Part shown: in pieces, positions 1-9,597 of the stretch
Position numbering within the stretch: position 1 is the stretch's first letter
How the letters are laid out: each line of letters begins with the position of its first letter
Virus record (IMG/VR): IMGVR_UViG_3300045988_148326
Location: 1 to 51,537 of that record
Reading direction: 5' to 3' (one strand)
Source of the DNA: a virus
Length of the DNA stretch: 51,537 bases
The notes under the pieces: generated by a model
Told to the model about the DNA's origin: nothing
What the model saw: the letters and a program-made list of their open reading frames with translations, nothing else
Databases searched by the model: none
Program-made: the position numbers and the translations under genes

Positions 1-119
1 ATTTTTTTTTCTTTCGAGAATAGTTTGTATATTTGCATATCGAAAATAAGATAATAAAATTCACCAAAATATGGAACAATTTAATATAGGTAATGTAATT
101 GAGCACTACAAGCTAAATA
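1..119. repeat. Left copy of window-terminal direct duplication (1..119 = 51419..51537). Indicates circular/permuted assembly overlap or a short direct terminal repeat; unit genome 51,418 bp
   Basis: Both ends read A-T9-CTTTCGAGAATAGTTTGTATATTTGCATATCGAAAATAAGATAATAAAATTCACCAAAATATGGAACAATTT...AGCTAAATA, identical by eye. Confidence 0.9.
27..60 (+). promoter_or_regulatory. Early promoter/leader box with Bacteroidota-type -7 element TATATTTG (28..35)
   Basis: GTATATTTGCATATCGAAAATAAGATAATAAAAT. The same 34-nt box recurs with 3 mismatches at 10368..10401, and related boxes lie on the minus strand at 20015..20037, 21867..21887 and 21968..21988. Confidence 0.55.
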
Positions 120-484
120 CGGAAGATTTAGCAAAGGTGTTATTTCCTACTGTTAAATATCCGAAACAGGCATTTGACCGTGTGTTAAAGGGTGAAGCCA
201 ATTTGGATGTTATACAGTTAGAGCGATTGGCCAATCATATTGGCGTGTTAGTAACTGATTTGTTTTCAGCAAATACTTGGAAAGGTTCATCTGAAGATGG
301 ATGCCTAACAATGCTGAAAGGCGAGTATAAAGTCAAGCTGAATTATAAAGGCGTATTTGTATCTATATATAAGAATAATAATCTTATAGAGCAGAAAATT
401 TCAAATGTGCTTGATATGACAACGCACGAGTTTATTAACTATTTAGATAATTTCATTAAAACTTACGAAAATGGAAGCAATTAA
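71..484 (+). CDS. Putative helix-turn-helix (Cro/CI/XRE-like) DNA-binding protein; first gene of the rightward early operon
   Basis: 137-aa ORF directly downstream of the promoter box. The N-terminal segment LNTEDLAKVLFPTVKYPKQAFDRVLKGEANLDVIQLERLANHIGV looks like an HTH. Confidence 0.5.
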   Translation: MEQFNIGNVIEHYKLNTEDLAKVLFPTVKYPKQAFDRVLKGEANLDVIQLERLANHIGVLVTDLFSANTWKGSSEDGCLTMLKGEYKVKLNYKGVFVSIYKNNNLIEQKISNVLDMTTHEFINYLDNFIKTYENGSN

Positions 485-896
485 AATTTCCGTAGAGGTT
501 AGCGTAAACCTGTCAGAAAATACGCAGAACTTCATCAAGTCGTTGCTTGGTAATGTGGCTACTTCTGTTGCTGCTCCAGCTCAGAAACCTGCTCCTGTAG
601 CACCTATTAAACCGGCTCCTCAGCCGGCGCCCGCTCCGGCCCCAAAGCCTCAAGCTCCAGTTGCAGCACCTGCCCCGACAAAGCCCACTGCTACTCCTGC
701 TTCTGGAGCACCTGCTGCTCAGGCTGCTTCTTCTGCCTCTAAGAGCATAGAGGATGTGCGAGCATTGCTTGCAAAGAAGGTGAATGAGCACCGCGATGTA
801 ATCAAGCAGAAACTCAATGAGCTTGGCGCTCCGAGCGTAACAAAGCTTGACCCAGCCAAGTATGACGAAATGTTTAACTTCTTAGAATCACTGTAA
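471..896 (+). CDS. Hypothetical protein with a long Pro/Ala-rich low-complexity linker
   Basis: 141-aa ORF. The central APAQKPAPVAPIKPAPQPAPAPAPKPQAPVAAPAPTKPTATPASGAPAAQAASSA separates small N- and C-terminal domains. Confidence 0.6.
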   Translation: MEAIKISVEVSVNLSENTQNFIKSLLGNVATSVAAPAQKPAPVAPIKPAPQPAPAPAPKPQAPVAAPAPTKPTATPASGAPAAQAASSASKSIEDVRALLAKKVNEHRDVIKQKLNELGAPSVTKLDPAKYDEMFNFLESL

Positions 897-1075
897 TGGC
901 AAATCAAAAGAAGCTGCAACAGGCAGCAATCAAGTTCCGTAAACAAAATCCTGCATTGCATGCAACATGCTCAGTTCTACTTTCAGCTATGACTAGATTT
1001 ATCACAAAGTCCGGAGCAGCTGAGGTAACAGTAGGAATTAAAAATGGAGAGTATTACGAGTATGCAAACAACTAG
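896..1075 (+). CDS. Small hypothetical protein (59 aa, below the ORF-track cutoff)
   Basis: Its ATG overlaps the upstream TAA (TAATG at 894..898). Translation read by hand: MANQKKLQQAAIKFRKQNPALHATCSVLLSAMTRFITKSGAAEVTVGIKNGEYYEYANN. Confidence 0.35.
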   Translation: MANQKKLQQAAIKFRKQNPALHATCSVLLSAMTRFITKSGAAEVTVGIKNGEYYEYANN

Positions 1076-2276
1076 TACTAAGTTACAGAAACATAGCCAG
1101 AGGAGCCATGCACTCCTCTCGGCTTCTGGAGCTGGAAGATGGCTTAATTGCACTCCATCTGCAAAGCTTGAAGATGAATACGGAGAAAAGAAAAGCTCTG
1201 TATATGCGCAAGAAGGTACGTTGGCACATGAGCTCTCAGAGCTTTATATTAGACGTGATACTCTGCTTGATATTAGCGAGCAAGACTTTGACCAGCGTCT
1301 TGAAGAGATAATGGCGAATGAACTGTTTAATGAGGAAATGCTTGACGTAGTTCCGACTTATACAGACTATTGCGCAGCTCAATTAGCAGAGGCCAAGACA
1401 GCTAATCCTTTAGCTGTAATGGAAATTGAGCAGAAACTCGATTTGACGGACTTTATACCAGAGAGCTTTGGAACAGCTGACTGTGTTATTATCAATGACA
1501 ACCTCATGGAAGTTATTGACTTGAAGTACGGAAAAGGCGTTCCAGTATATGCTGAATGGAATAAGCAACTCATGCTTTATGGTCTTGGAGCATTGCAGAA
1601 ATATGATACAATGTACGATATAACGGAAGTGCGATTGACCATTATACAGCCTCGCATTAATAACATATCAAGTTGGCAAATATTTGTTGAAGAACTCCGC
1701 AGATGGGCAGAAGAGGAGCTTAGACCAAGAGCTGAACTTGCTTTTGAAGGTAAAGGAGAACTCAATGCTGGAGATTGGTGTAGATTTTGTGCTGTGCGTA
1801 ATCAGTGTCGTAAGCTTTATGAGCAACAACTCGAAATTGCACAACACGAATTCGCAGACCCAGAGTTGTTAACCGATGATGAGATTGCTGATATAGTTAA
1901 GCGCGTGCCTAAGCTTATAGAATGGGCTAATTCAATAGCAGAATATGCACAAACTAAAGCGGTTAATGAGAATAAGCAATGGCCGGGGCTTAAATTAGTT
2001 GAAGGAATTAGTCGACGCAAATGGGTTGACGAAGACCAAGCTTCTAATGCAATTTTTGCGCGTTGCCCTGAGTTATCAGAAGATGAGATTTTCAACATGA
2101 AGCTTAAGCCAATTACTTCAATTGAAAAGATAGTAGGCAAAAAGCGCTTTGAAGAAATTCTATCTGATGTGGTTGTAAAACCTCAAGGCAAACCTACTCT
2201 TGTACCGCTTGAAGACAAGAGACCAGCAATGGGCTATAATCAAGCACAATTAGATTTTGCAGATAATGGAGAATAA
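1044..2276 (+). CDS. PD-(D/E)XK (RecB/Cas4-like, DUF2800-type) nuclease; true start may be the ATG at 1062
   Basis: SHALLSASGAGRWLNCTPS N-terminal signature, GTADCVII...VIDLKYGKG nuclease core and C-terminal Cys cluster CRFCAVRNQC. Classic position upstream of the SSB/PolA module. Confidence 0.8.
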   Translation: MESITSMQTTSTKLQKHSQRSHALLSASGAGRWLNCTPSAKLEDEYGEKKSSVYAQEGTLAHELSELYIRRDTLLDISEQDFDQRLEEIMANELFNEEMLDVVPTYTDYCAAQLAEAKTANPLAVMEIEQKLDLTDFIPESFGTADCVIINDNLMEVIDLKYGKGVPVYAEWNKQLMLYGLGALQKYDTMYDITEVRLTIIQPRINNISSWQIFVEELRRWAEEELRPRAELAFEGKGELNAGDWCRFCAVRNQCRKLYEQQLEIAQHEFADPELLTDDEIADIVKRVPKLIEWANSIAEYAQTKAVNENKQWPGLKLVEGISRRKWVDEDQASNAIFARCPELSEDEIFNMKLKPITSIEKIVGKKRFEEILSDVVVKPQGKPTLVPLEDKRPAMGYNQAQLDFADNGE

Positions 2277-2337
2277 TGACTATTTGCCTGATTGGGCAAT
2301 TATTGAAAAAGTAATAACAACTAAAAATTAAAATAAA

Positions 2338-2886
2338 ATGGAAAATTCAACAAAAGTTGTAACTGGCGAAGTAAGATTTTGCTATGTGAATGTGTTCGAG
2401 CCTACGGCTATGAATGAGGGTGATACTCCTAAGTACAATATCTGTATTCTTATTCCTAAGACAGATACTAAGACTTTGGAAAAGATTAATAAGGCTATCG
2501 AGGCAGCTAAGCAGGCAGGCAAAGCCAAGCTTGCAGACAAAAACGGCAAGATACCTTCAAACCTCAAGTTGCCTCTGCGTGACGGCGATGATGAGCGTGG
2601 CGACGACCCAGCATTCGAAGGCATGTACTTCATCAATGCCAATAGCCAGCGCAAGCCAAGCATCGTGGATAAGGAGCTCAATCCTATCATGAACAAAGAA
2701 GAGTTCTACAGCGGTTGCTACGGCCGTGCATCAATCAACTTCTATGCCTTCAATGTCTCGTCCAAAGGCATCGCAGCCGGATTGAACAATCTTCAGAAGC
2801 TTGAAGACGGTGAGATGTTGGCCGGTGGTTCTACCGCTGAAGAAGACTTCGGAGGTGAGAACGAATGGAATGATGAGCTGATGTAA
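2338..2886 (+). CDS. Phage ssDNA-binding protein (DUF2815-like)
   Basis: 182 aa with VVTGEVRFCYVNVFEP start and acidic SSB-like tail EDFGGENEWNDELM. Lies between the DUF2800-like nuclease and the DNA polymerase. Higher GC than its neighbours. Confidence 0.7.
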   Translation: MENSTKVVTGEVRFCYVNVFEPTAMNEGDTPKYNICILIPKTDTKTLEKINKAIEAAKQAGKAKLADKNGKIPSNLKLPLRDGDDERGDDPAFEGMYFINANSQRKPSIVDKELNPIMNKEEFYSGCYGRASINFYAFNVSSKGIAAGLNNLQKLEDGEMLAGGSTAEEDFGGENEWNDELM

Positions 2887-2914
2887 TTTCCTCTCTGCAT
2901 CAAAATTTCCCTAA

Positions 2915-2995
2915 AGTATAGTAGTTTAATGGTAAAACTACAGAGCGCCATTGGTTTGTGTGCCTGTTATGCGGGTTCGAGTCCCGCCTATACTC
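2915..2995 (+). tRNA. tRNA-like gene with canonical acceptor, D and T arms but a non-canonical, over-long anticodon arm; isotype undetermined
   Basis: - Acceptor AGTATAG (2915..2921) pairs perfectly with CTATACT (2988..2994).
- D arm GTTT-AATGGTA-AAAC.
- T arm GCGGG-TTCGAGT-CCCGC.
- The 28 nt at 2940..2967 fold only as ACAG(A)GCGC / GTGCCTGT with an 11-nt loop CATTGGTTTGT.
- No encoded CCA. Confidence 0.6.
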
Positions 2996-3024
2996 CTAAT
3001 TTTATAATATCAAATTAAGAAATA

Positions 3025-4998
3025 ATGGCGAAATATCTTTTCATAGACGTCGAAACATTTTCCTCAGTAGATATTAAAGACTCTGGTGCCTATAAATATA
3101 TAGAGTCACCAGATTTTGAGATACTGATTATAGGATATGCATTAGATGACGGACCAGTTATCATTGTCGATTTAGCTCAAGGCGAAGAAATGCCTGAAGA
3201 GTTTGAAGAAGCATTACTTGACCCAGAGTGTATGAAAGTCGCTCACAATGCAGTATTTGAGCGGCTTAGCTTTAAGCGAATAGGATATAATATCCCAGCA
3301 GAACAGTGGTATTGTACTTCTGTAAAAGCTGCATATTGTGGCTTACCACTTTCATTGGATGGAGTATCAAAGGCTCTTAATCTTACAGATAAGAAGCTTG
3401 ATACAGGTAAAGCACTTATTAAGTACTTTTCATGCCCATGTAAAGCAACTCGAGTTAATGGAATGCGTACACGCAATTATCCAGAACATGCTCCTGAAAA
3501 ATGGGAAATGTATAAGGAATATAATAAATATGATGTATTAGCTGAGCGTGAGATATTTCATAGATTAGAGTCTTACATCATTCCAAAGATTGAGCGAGAA
3601 ATGTACGTGCTTGACCAGAATATCAATGATAGAGGTATTTTGGTGGATATGGAGTTAGCAGAGTCTGCTATTGCAGTAGATAATACTTATACTTCTATAT
3701 TAACTCAGCATGCTCAGCAATTAACAGGTCTTGAAAATCCAAATTCGCCTGTACAAATTCGGCAATGGATAGAAAAGAAAACAGGTAATGCTGTATTGTC
3801 ACTTTCAAAAGAAACAATGCCTGACTTGCTTAAAGAGTTTGTAGACTATCCAGATGTAATTGAGTTGCTCAATATACGCAAAAAGCTATCAAAAACTTCA
3901 ATTAAGAAGTATTATGCTATGCTTAATTGTGCTATGAAAGACCATAGAGTTAGAGGTACATTCCAATTTTATGGTGCAAATAGAACTGGCAGATGGGCAG
4001 GTAGGCTATTGCAGTTGCAGAACTTATCAAAAAACTATATATCGCATATCGAAGTACCGCGTGAGTTAATCAGAGCCCGTGATTGGGAAACAGTTGAGAT
4101 GATGTATGATGATGTTGCAGATATTCTTTCACAACTTGTAAGAACAGCACTTATACCACCACAAGGTATGAAATATGCAGTTGCTGACTTTTCAGCTATC
4201 GAAGCAAGAGTTATATCTTGGCTCGCCGATGAAAAGTGGCGATTAGATGTATTTCACGGCGACGGTAAGATTTATGAAGCAACTGGAGAAAAGATGTTTG
4301 GAGTACCAAAGTCTGAAATTAAAAAAGGCTCGGTGCTTCGCGACAAGTCAAAAATATCCGAATTAGCATTAGGCTATGAAGGAGGTCTTGGCGCATTAAA
4401 GCGCATGGGCGGTGATAAAATGGGTCTTTCAGACACAGAAATGATGAGCCTGGTACGTAAATGGCGCATGGCTAATCCTAATATAGTTGATATGTGGAAA
4501 GAGATTGATGAGGCTTCTAAAGAAGCGGTAAGATACCACAGAGCCGTTAAGTGCACTAGTAAAAATGTTATATTTGATTGTGACGGTGAATTTATGACAA
4601 TAGAATTGCCTGTAGGCAGAAAACTATTTTATTATAAGCCTGAATTCAAAGATAAGAAAATAGGCCGTTCTACAGTTCCAATTCGAAGTTTGTGCTATAG
4701 AGGCATCGACCAGACAACAAAACAATGGATAAGCATGGACACCTATGGCGGCAAACTAACAGAAAATATAGTTCAAGCTGTATCAAGAGATTTGTTAGGT
4801 GATGCTATGCTTAGAATGGAAAAAGCTGGATATGGAATTGTGGGTTCAATACATGATGAAGTTATAACAGAGGTTCCAGAAGAGAATGCTCAGCTATGGT
4901 ATGATAATTTGGTAAAAATCATGTCAACTCCACCTTTGTGGGCACAAGACCTTCCACTTAATGCAGATGGAGGAGTTATGGATTTTTACCAAAAATGA
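3025..4998 (+). CDS. Family A DNA polymerase with 3'-5' exonuclease domain
   Basis: FIDVETFS (Exo I), HNAVFE (Exo II), YNKYDV (Exo III), VADFSAIEARV (motif A), RDKSKISELALGYEGG (motif B), SIHDEV (motif C). Confidence 0.93.
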   Translation: MAKYLFIDVETFSSVDIKDSGAYKYIESPDFEILIIGYALDDGPVIIVDLAQGEEMPEEFEEALLDPECMKVAHNAVFERLSFKRIGYNIPAEQWYCTSVKAAYCGLPLSLDGVSKALNLTDKKLDTGKALIKYFSCPCKATRVNGMRTRNYPEHAPEKWEMYKEYNKYDVLAEREIFHRLESYIIPKIEREMYVLDQNINDRGILVDMELAESAIAVDNTYTSILTQHAQQLTGLENPNSPVQIRQWIEKKTGNAVLSLSKETMPDLLKEFVDYPDVIELLNIRKKLSKTSIKKYYAMLNCAMKDHRVRGTFQFYGANRTGRWAGRLLQLQNLSKNYISHIEVPRELIRARDWETVEMMYDDVADILSQLVRTALIPPQGMKYAVADFSAIEARVISWLADEKWRLDVFHGDGKIYEATGEKMFGVPKSEIKKGSVLRDKSKISELALGYEGGLGALKRMGGDKMGLSDTEMMSLVRKWRMANPNIVDMWKEIDEASKEAVRYHRAVKCTSKNVIFDCDGEFMTIELPVGRKLFYYKPEFKDKKIGRSTVPIRSLCYRGIDQTTKQWISMDTYGGKLTENIVQAVSRDLLGDAMLRMEKAGYGIVGSIHDEVITEVPEENAQLWYDNLVKIMSTPPLWAQDLPLNADGGVMDFYQK

Positions 4999-5007
4999 TT
5001 AGCATTT

Positions 5008-7410
5008 ATGCAAGTAGATAAATTGAAATATGATGAAAATTTGAGCATAGCAGTTGGACTAAATGTTTCAAGTAAAGTATGGAAAAATACCAAAACTACT
5101 TGGAGCAATTTAGTTCAAAAGCTAGCTACTCCTGTAGTAACCGCTGAAACATATAAGCGGTTTATGAGTGCTACAAAAGAAGAGCAAAGTAAGATAAAAG
5201 ATGTAGGCGGATTTGTAGGCGGATTTCTTACAAATGGTAGGCGTGATAAAACAAATGTACTTTACCGCCAGTTAATTACATTGGATATTGACTTTTCTCA
5301 TGAGAACTTTTGGTGGGACTTTACAATGCTATTTGATTGTGCTGCGGTTATTCATTCAACCCATAAGTCATGCCCTGAAAAGCCACGACACAGATTGATA
5401 ATTCCACTTGATAGAGAAGTATCGCAAGAAGAATATCAAGCTATTGCTCGAAAAGTCGCTGGAGACCTAAACATTGATTTGTTTGACCAGTCAACTTTTG
5501 ATGTAAATAGACTTATGTTCTGGCCGTCTGTATCATCAGATATGGAGTACTACTTTGAATTTCAAGACGGACCTTTCCTTGAAGCTGATTATATCCTTGG
5601 GCTATATGATGATTGGCATGATACGAGCGAATGGCCAACTGCTACAGATAGCACAGATGTAATAATGCAAGCTATCAAAAAGCAAGAAGACCCAGAAGAT
5701 AAAAAAGGCATAATTGGTGTTTTCTGTCGTACTTATACTATACAAGAAGCTATTGAGACTTTTCTTTCAGATGTATATACACCAGCTGGAGAAGGGCGAT
5801 ATACGTATATAAATGGCTCTACAGCTGCGGGCTTAATAGTCTATGATGATAAATTTGCATATTCTCATCATGGAACAGACCCTGCTGGAGGTAGACTATG
5901 TAATGCATTTGACTTAGTTCGCATACATAAATTTGGCCATTTAGATACAGGCAAAGAAAAAGAAGACAAAGATAAAAAGAGCTTTAAGGCAATGGAAGAA
6001 TTTGCCTCTAAGGACTCTACAACAAAAAAGCATATTGCTGAAGAAAAGTTTGCTGAAGCTAAATTCGAGTTTGCAGAAGAAGCAAAAGCAGAAGTTCCTG
6101 AAGAATATGATACTTCATGGACAGAAGAGCTTGACGCTAATACAAAAGGCGAATATGATAATTCTGCCAATAACTTGAATATAATAATTCAGCATGACCA
6201 ATTCTTAAAAGATGTATTTAAGCTAAACATTTTTGATAATAAAAGATATGTTACACGTTCGTTACCATGGCGTAAAGTCGATACTGTGGAGCCTCTTCGT
6301 GATGTTGACTATTCTGGTGTTCGTAATTACATTGAGTGTGTTTATGGCATTGTGTCAAGTCAAAAAGTGGACGACGCGCTTGCGCTTGAATTTGAAAAGA
6401 AAAAGTTCCATCCGATAAGAGAGTATATATGTGCTCAAAAGTGGGATGGCATACCGAGAGTTAATACATTATTGATTGATTATTTTGGAGCAGAAGATAA
6501 CGCTTATACTAGAGCCGTCATTAGGAAAACGTTGGTGGCGGCTGTTGCGAGGGTATTCGAGCCAGGTATTAAGTTCGACACAGCGCTTATACTTGTCGGA
6601 GAACAAGGAACATATAAAAGTACTTTCGTTAAAAAGCTCGGCATGGAATGGTTCTCAGATACATTCACGACTGTGCAGGGCAAGGAGTCATTTGAACAGA
6701 TACAAGGGGCGTGGCTGATTGAAATGGCAGAGCTTTCAGGCCTTAAGAAAGCAGAAGTAGAGTCAATAAAGCACTACATATCAAAAAGAGAAGATATGTT
6801 CAGGCCGGCGTATGGTAGAACAGTAGAAACATATAAGCGCCAATGCGTATTTTTTGGTACTACTAACAACAAAGATTTCTTACGTGACCCGACAGGAAAT
6901 AGACGATTTATGCCTATAGACGTAAGGCCAGAATATGCTACAAAGTCTGTAAATGATGACCTTACACAAGATGAAATAAATCAAATATGGGCTGAAGCAT
7001 ATCAACTATATTTGGCAAAAGAGCCTTTATACCTCGTTGGTGATGAAGATATAATTGCTAAGATTGAGCAACATAAACACTCAGAAGCAGATGAGCGAAA
7101 AGGTATTATTGAAGAATATCTTAATACTAAATTTCCAGATGACTGGGATGAAATGGACCTGTACGACAGAAGACGTTGGCTTGAAGACCCATTGTCTAAA
7201 AACGGTACAGTGCAAAAAGACTTTGTCTGCATTGCTGAAGTATGGTGTGAGTGCCTTGGCAAAGATAAGACAGAAATGTCAAGATATAATACCAGGGAGG
7301 TTAATGAAATTCTTAGGTCATTGCCTGAATGGGAAGCTATAGCATCCACTAAGAACTTTCCTTTATATGGTAAACAGAAATACTATAAACGTAAAGATAG
7401 CTTATTATGA
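5008..7410 (+). CDS. Bifunctional primase-helicase (AEP prim-pol N-terminus + VirE/D5-type SF3 P-loop helicase)
   Basis: LITLDIDF, IHSTHKS and RHRLIIPL in the N-terminal half. Walker A VGEQGTYKSTF, WLIEMAEL and FFGTTNN in the C-terminal half. 800 aa. Confidence 0.88.
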   Translation: MQVDKLKYDENLSIAVGLNVSSKVWKNTKTTWSNLVQKLATPVVTAETYKRFMSATKEEQSKIKDVGGFVGGFLTNGRRDKTNVLYRQLITLDIDFSHENFWWDFTMLFDCAAVIHSTHKSCPEKPRHRLIIPLDREVSQEEYQAIARKVAGDLNIDLFDQSTFDVNRLMFWPSVSSDMEYYFEFQDGPFLEADYILGLYDDWHDTSEWPTATDSTDVIMQAIKKQEDPEDKKGIIGVFCRTYTIQEAIETFLSDVYTPAGEGRYTYINGSTAAGLIVYDDKFAYSHHGTDPAGGRLCNAFDLVRIHKFGHLDTGKEKEDKDKKSFKAMEEFASKDSTTKKHIAEEKFAEAKFEFAEEAKAEVPEEYDTSWTEELDANTKGEYDNSANNLNIIIQHDQFLKDVFKLNIFDNKRYVTRSLPWRKVDTVEPLRDVDYSGVRNYIECVYGIVSSQKVDDALALEFEKKKFHPIREYICAQKWDGIPRVNTLLIDYFGAEDNAYTRAVIRKTLVAAVARVFEPGIKFDTALILVGEQGTYKSTFVKKLGMEWFSDTFTTVQGKESFEQIQGAWLIEMAELSGLKKAEVESIKHYISKREDMFRPAYGRTVETYKRQCVFFGTTNNKDFLRDPTGNRRFMPIDVRPEYATKSVNDDLTQDEINQIWAEAYQLYLAKEPLYLVGDEDIIAKIEQHKHSEADERKGIIEEYLNTKFPDDWDEMDLYDRRRWLEDPLSKNGTVQKDFVCIAEVWCECLGKDKTEMSRYNTREVNEILRSLPEWEAIASTKNFPLYGKQKYYKRKDSLL

Positions 7411-7595
7411 TAGCAAATTTTTATAAAATGCAATACGGAAATTACCGTAATTCTGTGCTTCTTGTAACAAGAAATATAGAACATATTCCATCTGTCAAAA
7501 CGGTTGTTATATACAATGGCCAAAAGTTTTGTGTTGACAGACTGGAATTTAATTTGGATAAGTGTGAGTATAACATTTATATGGCCAGGTTATGA
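7407..7595 (+). CDS. Hypothetical small protein
   Basis: 62-aa ORF with ATGA overlap to the primase stop. Confidence 0.5.
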   Translation: MIANFYKMQYGNYRNSVLLVTRNIEHIPSVKTVVIYNGQKFCVDRLEFNLDKCEYNIYMARL

Positions 7596-7810
7596 AATAT
7601 GTAATACTAAGAGTTGTATGCAAATTCTCCGATGGTTCTTTAAGAACAATAGAATATGATGAAAACCATGTAACAGAAGAGAATGCTTGCAATGATGTAG
7701 CCCAATTCAAGAAAAATCTTAAAGATAAGCTTAACCGGTCATTGCAAATACTTGGAGTAACTGTAAGTTCAATAAATTTAACTTATGAAGAAAGAGACGG
7801 TAGACAGTGA
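7592..7810 (+). CDS. Hypothetical small protein
   Basis: 72-aa ORF with ATGA overlap to the upstream ORF. Confidence 0.5.
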   Translation: MKYVILRVVCKFSDGSLRTIEYDENHVTEENACNDVAQFKKNLKDKLNRSLQILGVTVSSINLTYEERDGRQ

Positions 7811-8087
7811 AAAAGTTGTAGAGCACAAATTGGTTGAGCTTGTTAAGATAAATGGTGGCATGTGTATAAAACTGCTGTGTGACCAACTTATAGGCTTACC
7901 AGATAGAATGTGCTTATTTCCAGGCCATAAAATAGTTTTTGTGGAATTAAAAACAACTGGACGAAAGCCTAAACGCATACAGGCATATATGCACAATAAG
8001 CTTAGAGCTTTGGGTTTTAGAGTTGAAGTAATAGATACGATAAAAGGCGTTGAACAATTTATAGATAGTATAATTTATGATAAGTAA
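7785..8087 (+). CDS. VRR-NUC domain nuclease
   Basis: KLVELVKINGGMCIKLL...GLPDRMCLFPGHKIVFVELKTTGRKPKRIQ...LRALGFRVEVI matches the VRR-NUC pattern (PD...ExK). Usual partner of an SNF2 helicase in this replication module. Confidence 0.8.
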   Translation: MKKETVDSEKVVEHKLVELVKINGGMCIKLLCDQLIGLPDRMCLFPGHKIVFVELKTTGRKPKRIQAYMHNKLRALGFRVEVIDTIKGVEQFIDSIIYDK

Positions 8088-8160
8088 CATAGTTGCATTT
8101 ATAATAGGTGCTTTGTTTGGTTTAGTTTGTTTAGCTGTATTTAACAGTAACAAAAGATGA
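8077..8160 (+). CDS. Possible 27-aa hydrophobic micro-ORF
   Basis: Hand translation MISNIVAFIIGALFGLVCLAVFNSNKR. Its TGA overlaps the helicase ATG (ATGA at 8157..8160). Confidence 0.25.
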   Translation: MISNIVAFIIGALFGLVCLAVFNSNKR

Positions 8161-9596
8161 AAGAAACAGATTTACATAAATACCAATTAGCTTGCGTGCA
8201 GCATATAATCGAGCATCCATTTTGCGGTGTATTTGTAGATATGGGCCTTGGCAAAACCATATCAACTCTTACTGCTATAAATTATTTGATGTTTGATTAT
8301 TGTGAAGTTAATTCTGTATTAGTTATAGCTCCAAAACGAGTGGCTGAGTCAGTTTGGCAAGAAGAAGCAGAGAAATGGGAACATACAAAGCATTTGCGCT
8401 TTTCTAAGATTATAGGTACTGCTAAACAGCGAATAGCAGCTGTTATGGAAACAAAAGCTGATATTTATATCATATCAAGAGATAATGTTGCATGGCTTTG
8501 TGCTTTATATGGCGGAGGCAAATTACCTTTTGATATGGTAGTAGTCGATGAGCTTAGCAGTTTTAAGTCTTATAAATCAGAGCGTTTTAAGGCATTACGC
8601 GGCGCAAGACCTTATCTTAAAAGGTTAGTAGGACTAACTGGTACACCCGCTCCAAATGGACTTATTGATTTGTGGCCTCAAATATATCTTATGGATAGAG
8701 GCGAGCGCCTTGAAAAGACAATATCCAGATATAGAGAAAGGTATTTTCGGCCAGGTCAAACGAATGGTCATGTCGTATATTCATACGATTTGATGAGTGA
8801 CTCAGAATATTTAATACATAAGAAAATAGAGGATATTTGCATAAGCATGAAAGCCGATGATTATCTTGAAATGCCGTTTAGGACAGATAACTATATAAAG
8901 CTTAGAATGCCTGAAGCTCTAAAGAAGCAATATGATGACTTTGAAAAGAATAAAGTACTTGACTTAATAAGCGCTACTGAAACGGTTGAGCAAGAAGACG
9001 AAAATGGCAATTCAGTATTTGTTGAAAAGCCTGTGGAAGTAAACGTAGTCAATGCCGCTGCCCTTTCAAATAAATTACTTCAATTTGCTAATGGAGCTAT
9101 ATATGATGAAGAAAGAAATGTGTTTCCAATTCATTATATTAAGCTTGAAGCTCTTAAGGAGATAATTGAAGATGCAAATGGCCAATCTGTGCTTGTAGCA
9201 TGGACCTATCAATTCGATAGGGATAGAATCGTGGAATATCTTAAAAAATATAAGCCAAGAGAGCTTAAAAACAATAAAGATATTGAAGACTGGAATGCTG
9301 GTAAAATACAAGTTATGTTGGCACATCCAGCATCAGCAGGTCATGGGCTTAATCTTCAAGCAGGAGGTAGCATAATAGTTTGGTTTGGGCAAACATGGAG
9401 TCTTGAATTATATCAGCAGTTTAATGCTCGATTATATCGCCAGGGACAGCAAAATCATGTTGTTATAAACCATTTAATTTTGCAGGGCACTCATGATGAA
9501 GATGTAATCAGAGCACTTAAAGCAAAAGATAAAAAGCAAAATGCCTTAATGGATAGTATAAAAGCAAAAATCGACAAATATAAAAAATATATGTAA
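8157..9596 (+). CDS. SNF2/DEAD-like superfamily 2 helicase
   Basis: DMGLGKT (motif I), VVVDELSSFKS (motif II), LTGTPAPNG (motif III), HPASAGHGLNLQ and RLYRQGQ (motifs V/VI). Confidence 0.9.
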   Translation: MKETDLHKYQLACVQHIIEHPFCGVFVDMGLGKTISTLTAINYLMFDYCEVNSVLVIAPKRVAESVWQEEAEKWEHTKHLRFSKIIGTAKQRIAAVMETKADIYIISRDNVAWLCALYGGGKLPFDMVVVDELSSFKSYKSERFKALRGARPYLKRLVGLTGTPAPNGLIDLWPQIYLMDRGERLEKTISRYRERYFRPGQTNGHVVYSYDLMSDSEYLIHKKIEDICISMKADDYLEMPFRTDNYIKLRMPEALKKQYDDFEKNKVLDLISATETVEQEDENGNSVFVEKPVEVNVVNAAALSNKLLQFANGAIYDEERNVFPIHYIKLEALKEIIEDANGQSVLVAWTYQFDRDRIVEYLKKYKPRELKNNKDIEDWNAGKIQVMLAHPASAGHGLNLQAGGSIIVWFGQTWSLELYQQFNARLYRQGQQNHVVINHLILQGTHDEDVIRALKAKDKKQNALMDSIKAKIDKYKKYM

Positions 9597-9597
9597 T

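Noticed and set aside
71-484. Lysogeny module (repressor plus integrase), given the HTH protein and tRNA-like sequences
   Set aside because: No tyrosine or serine recombinase, excisionase or partition genes were recognised in any frame. An HTH protein alone does not indicate a temperate lifestyle.
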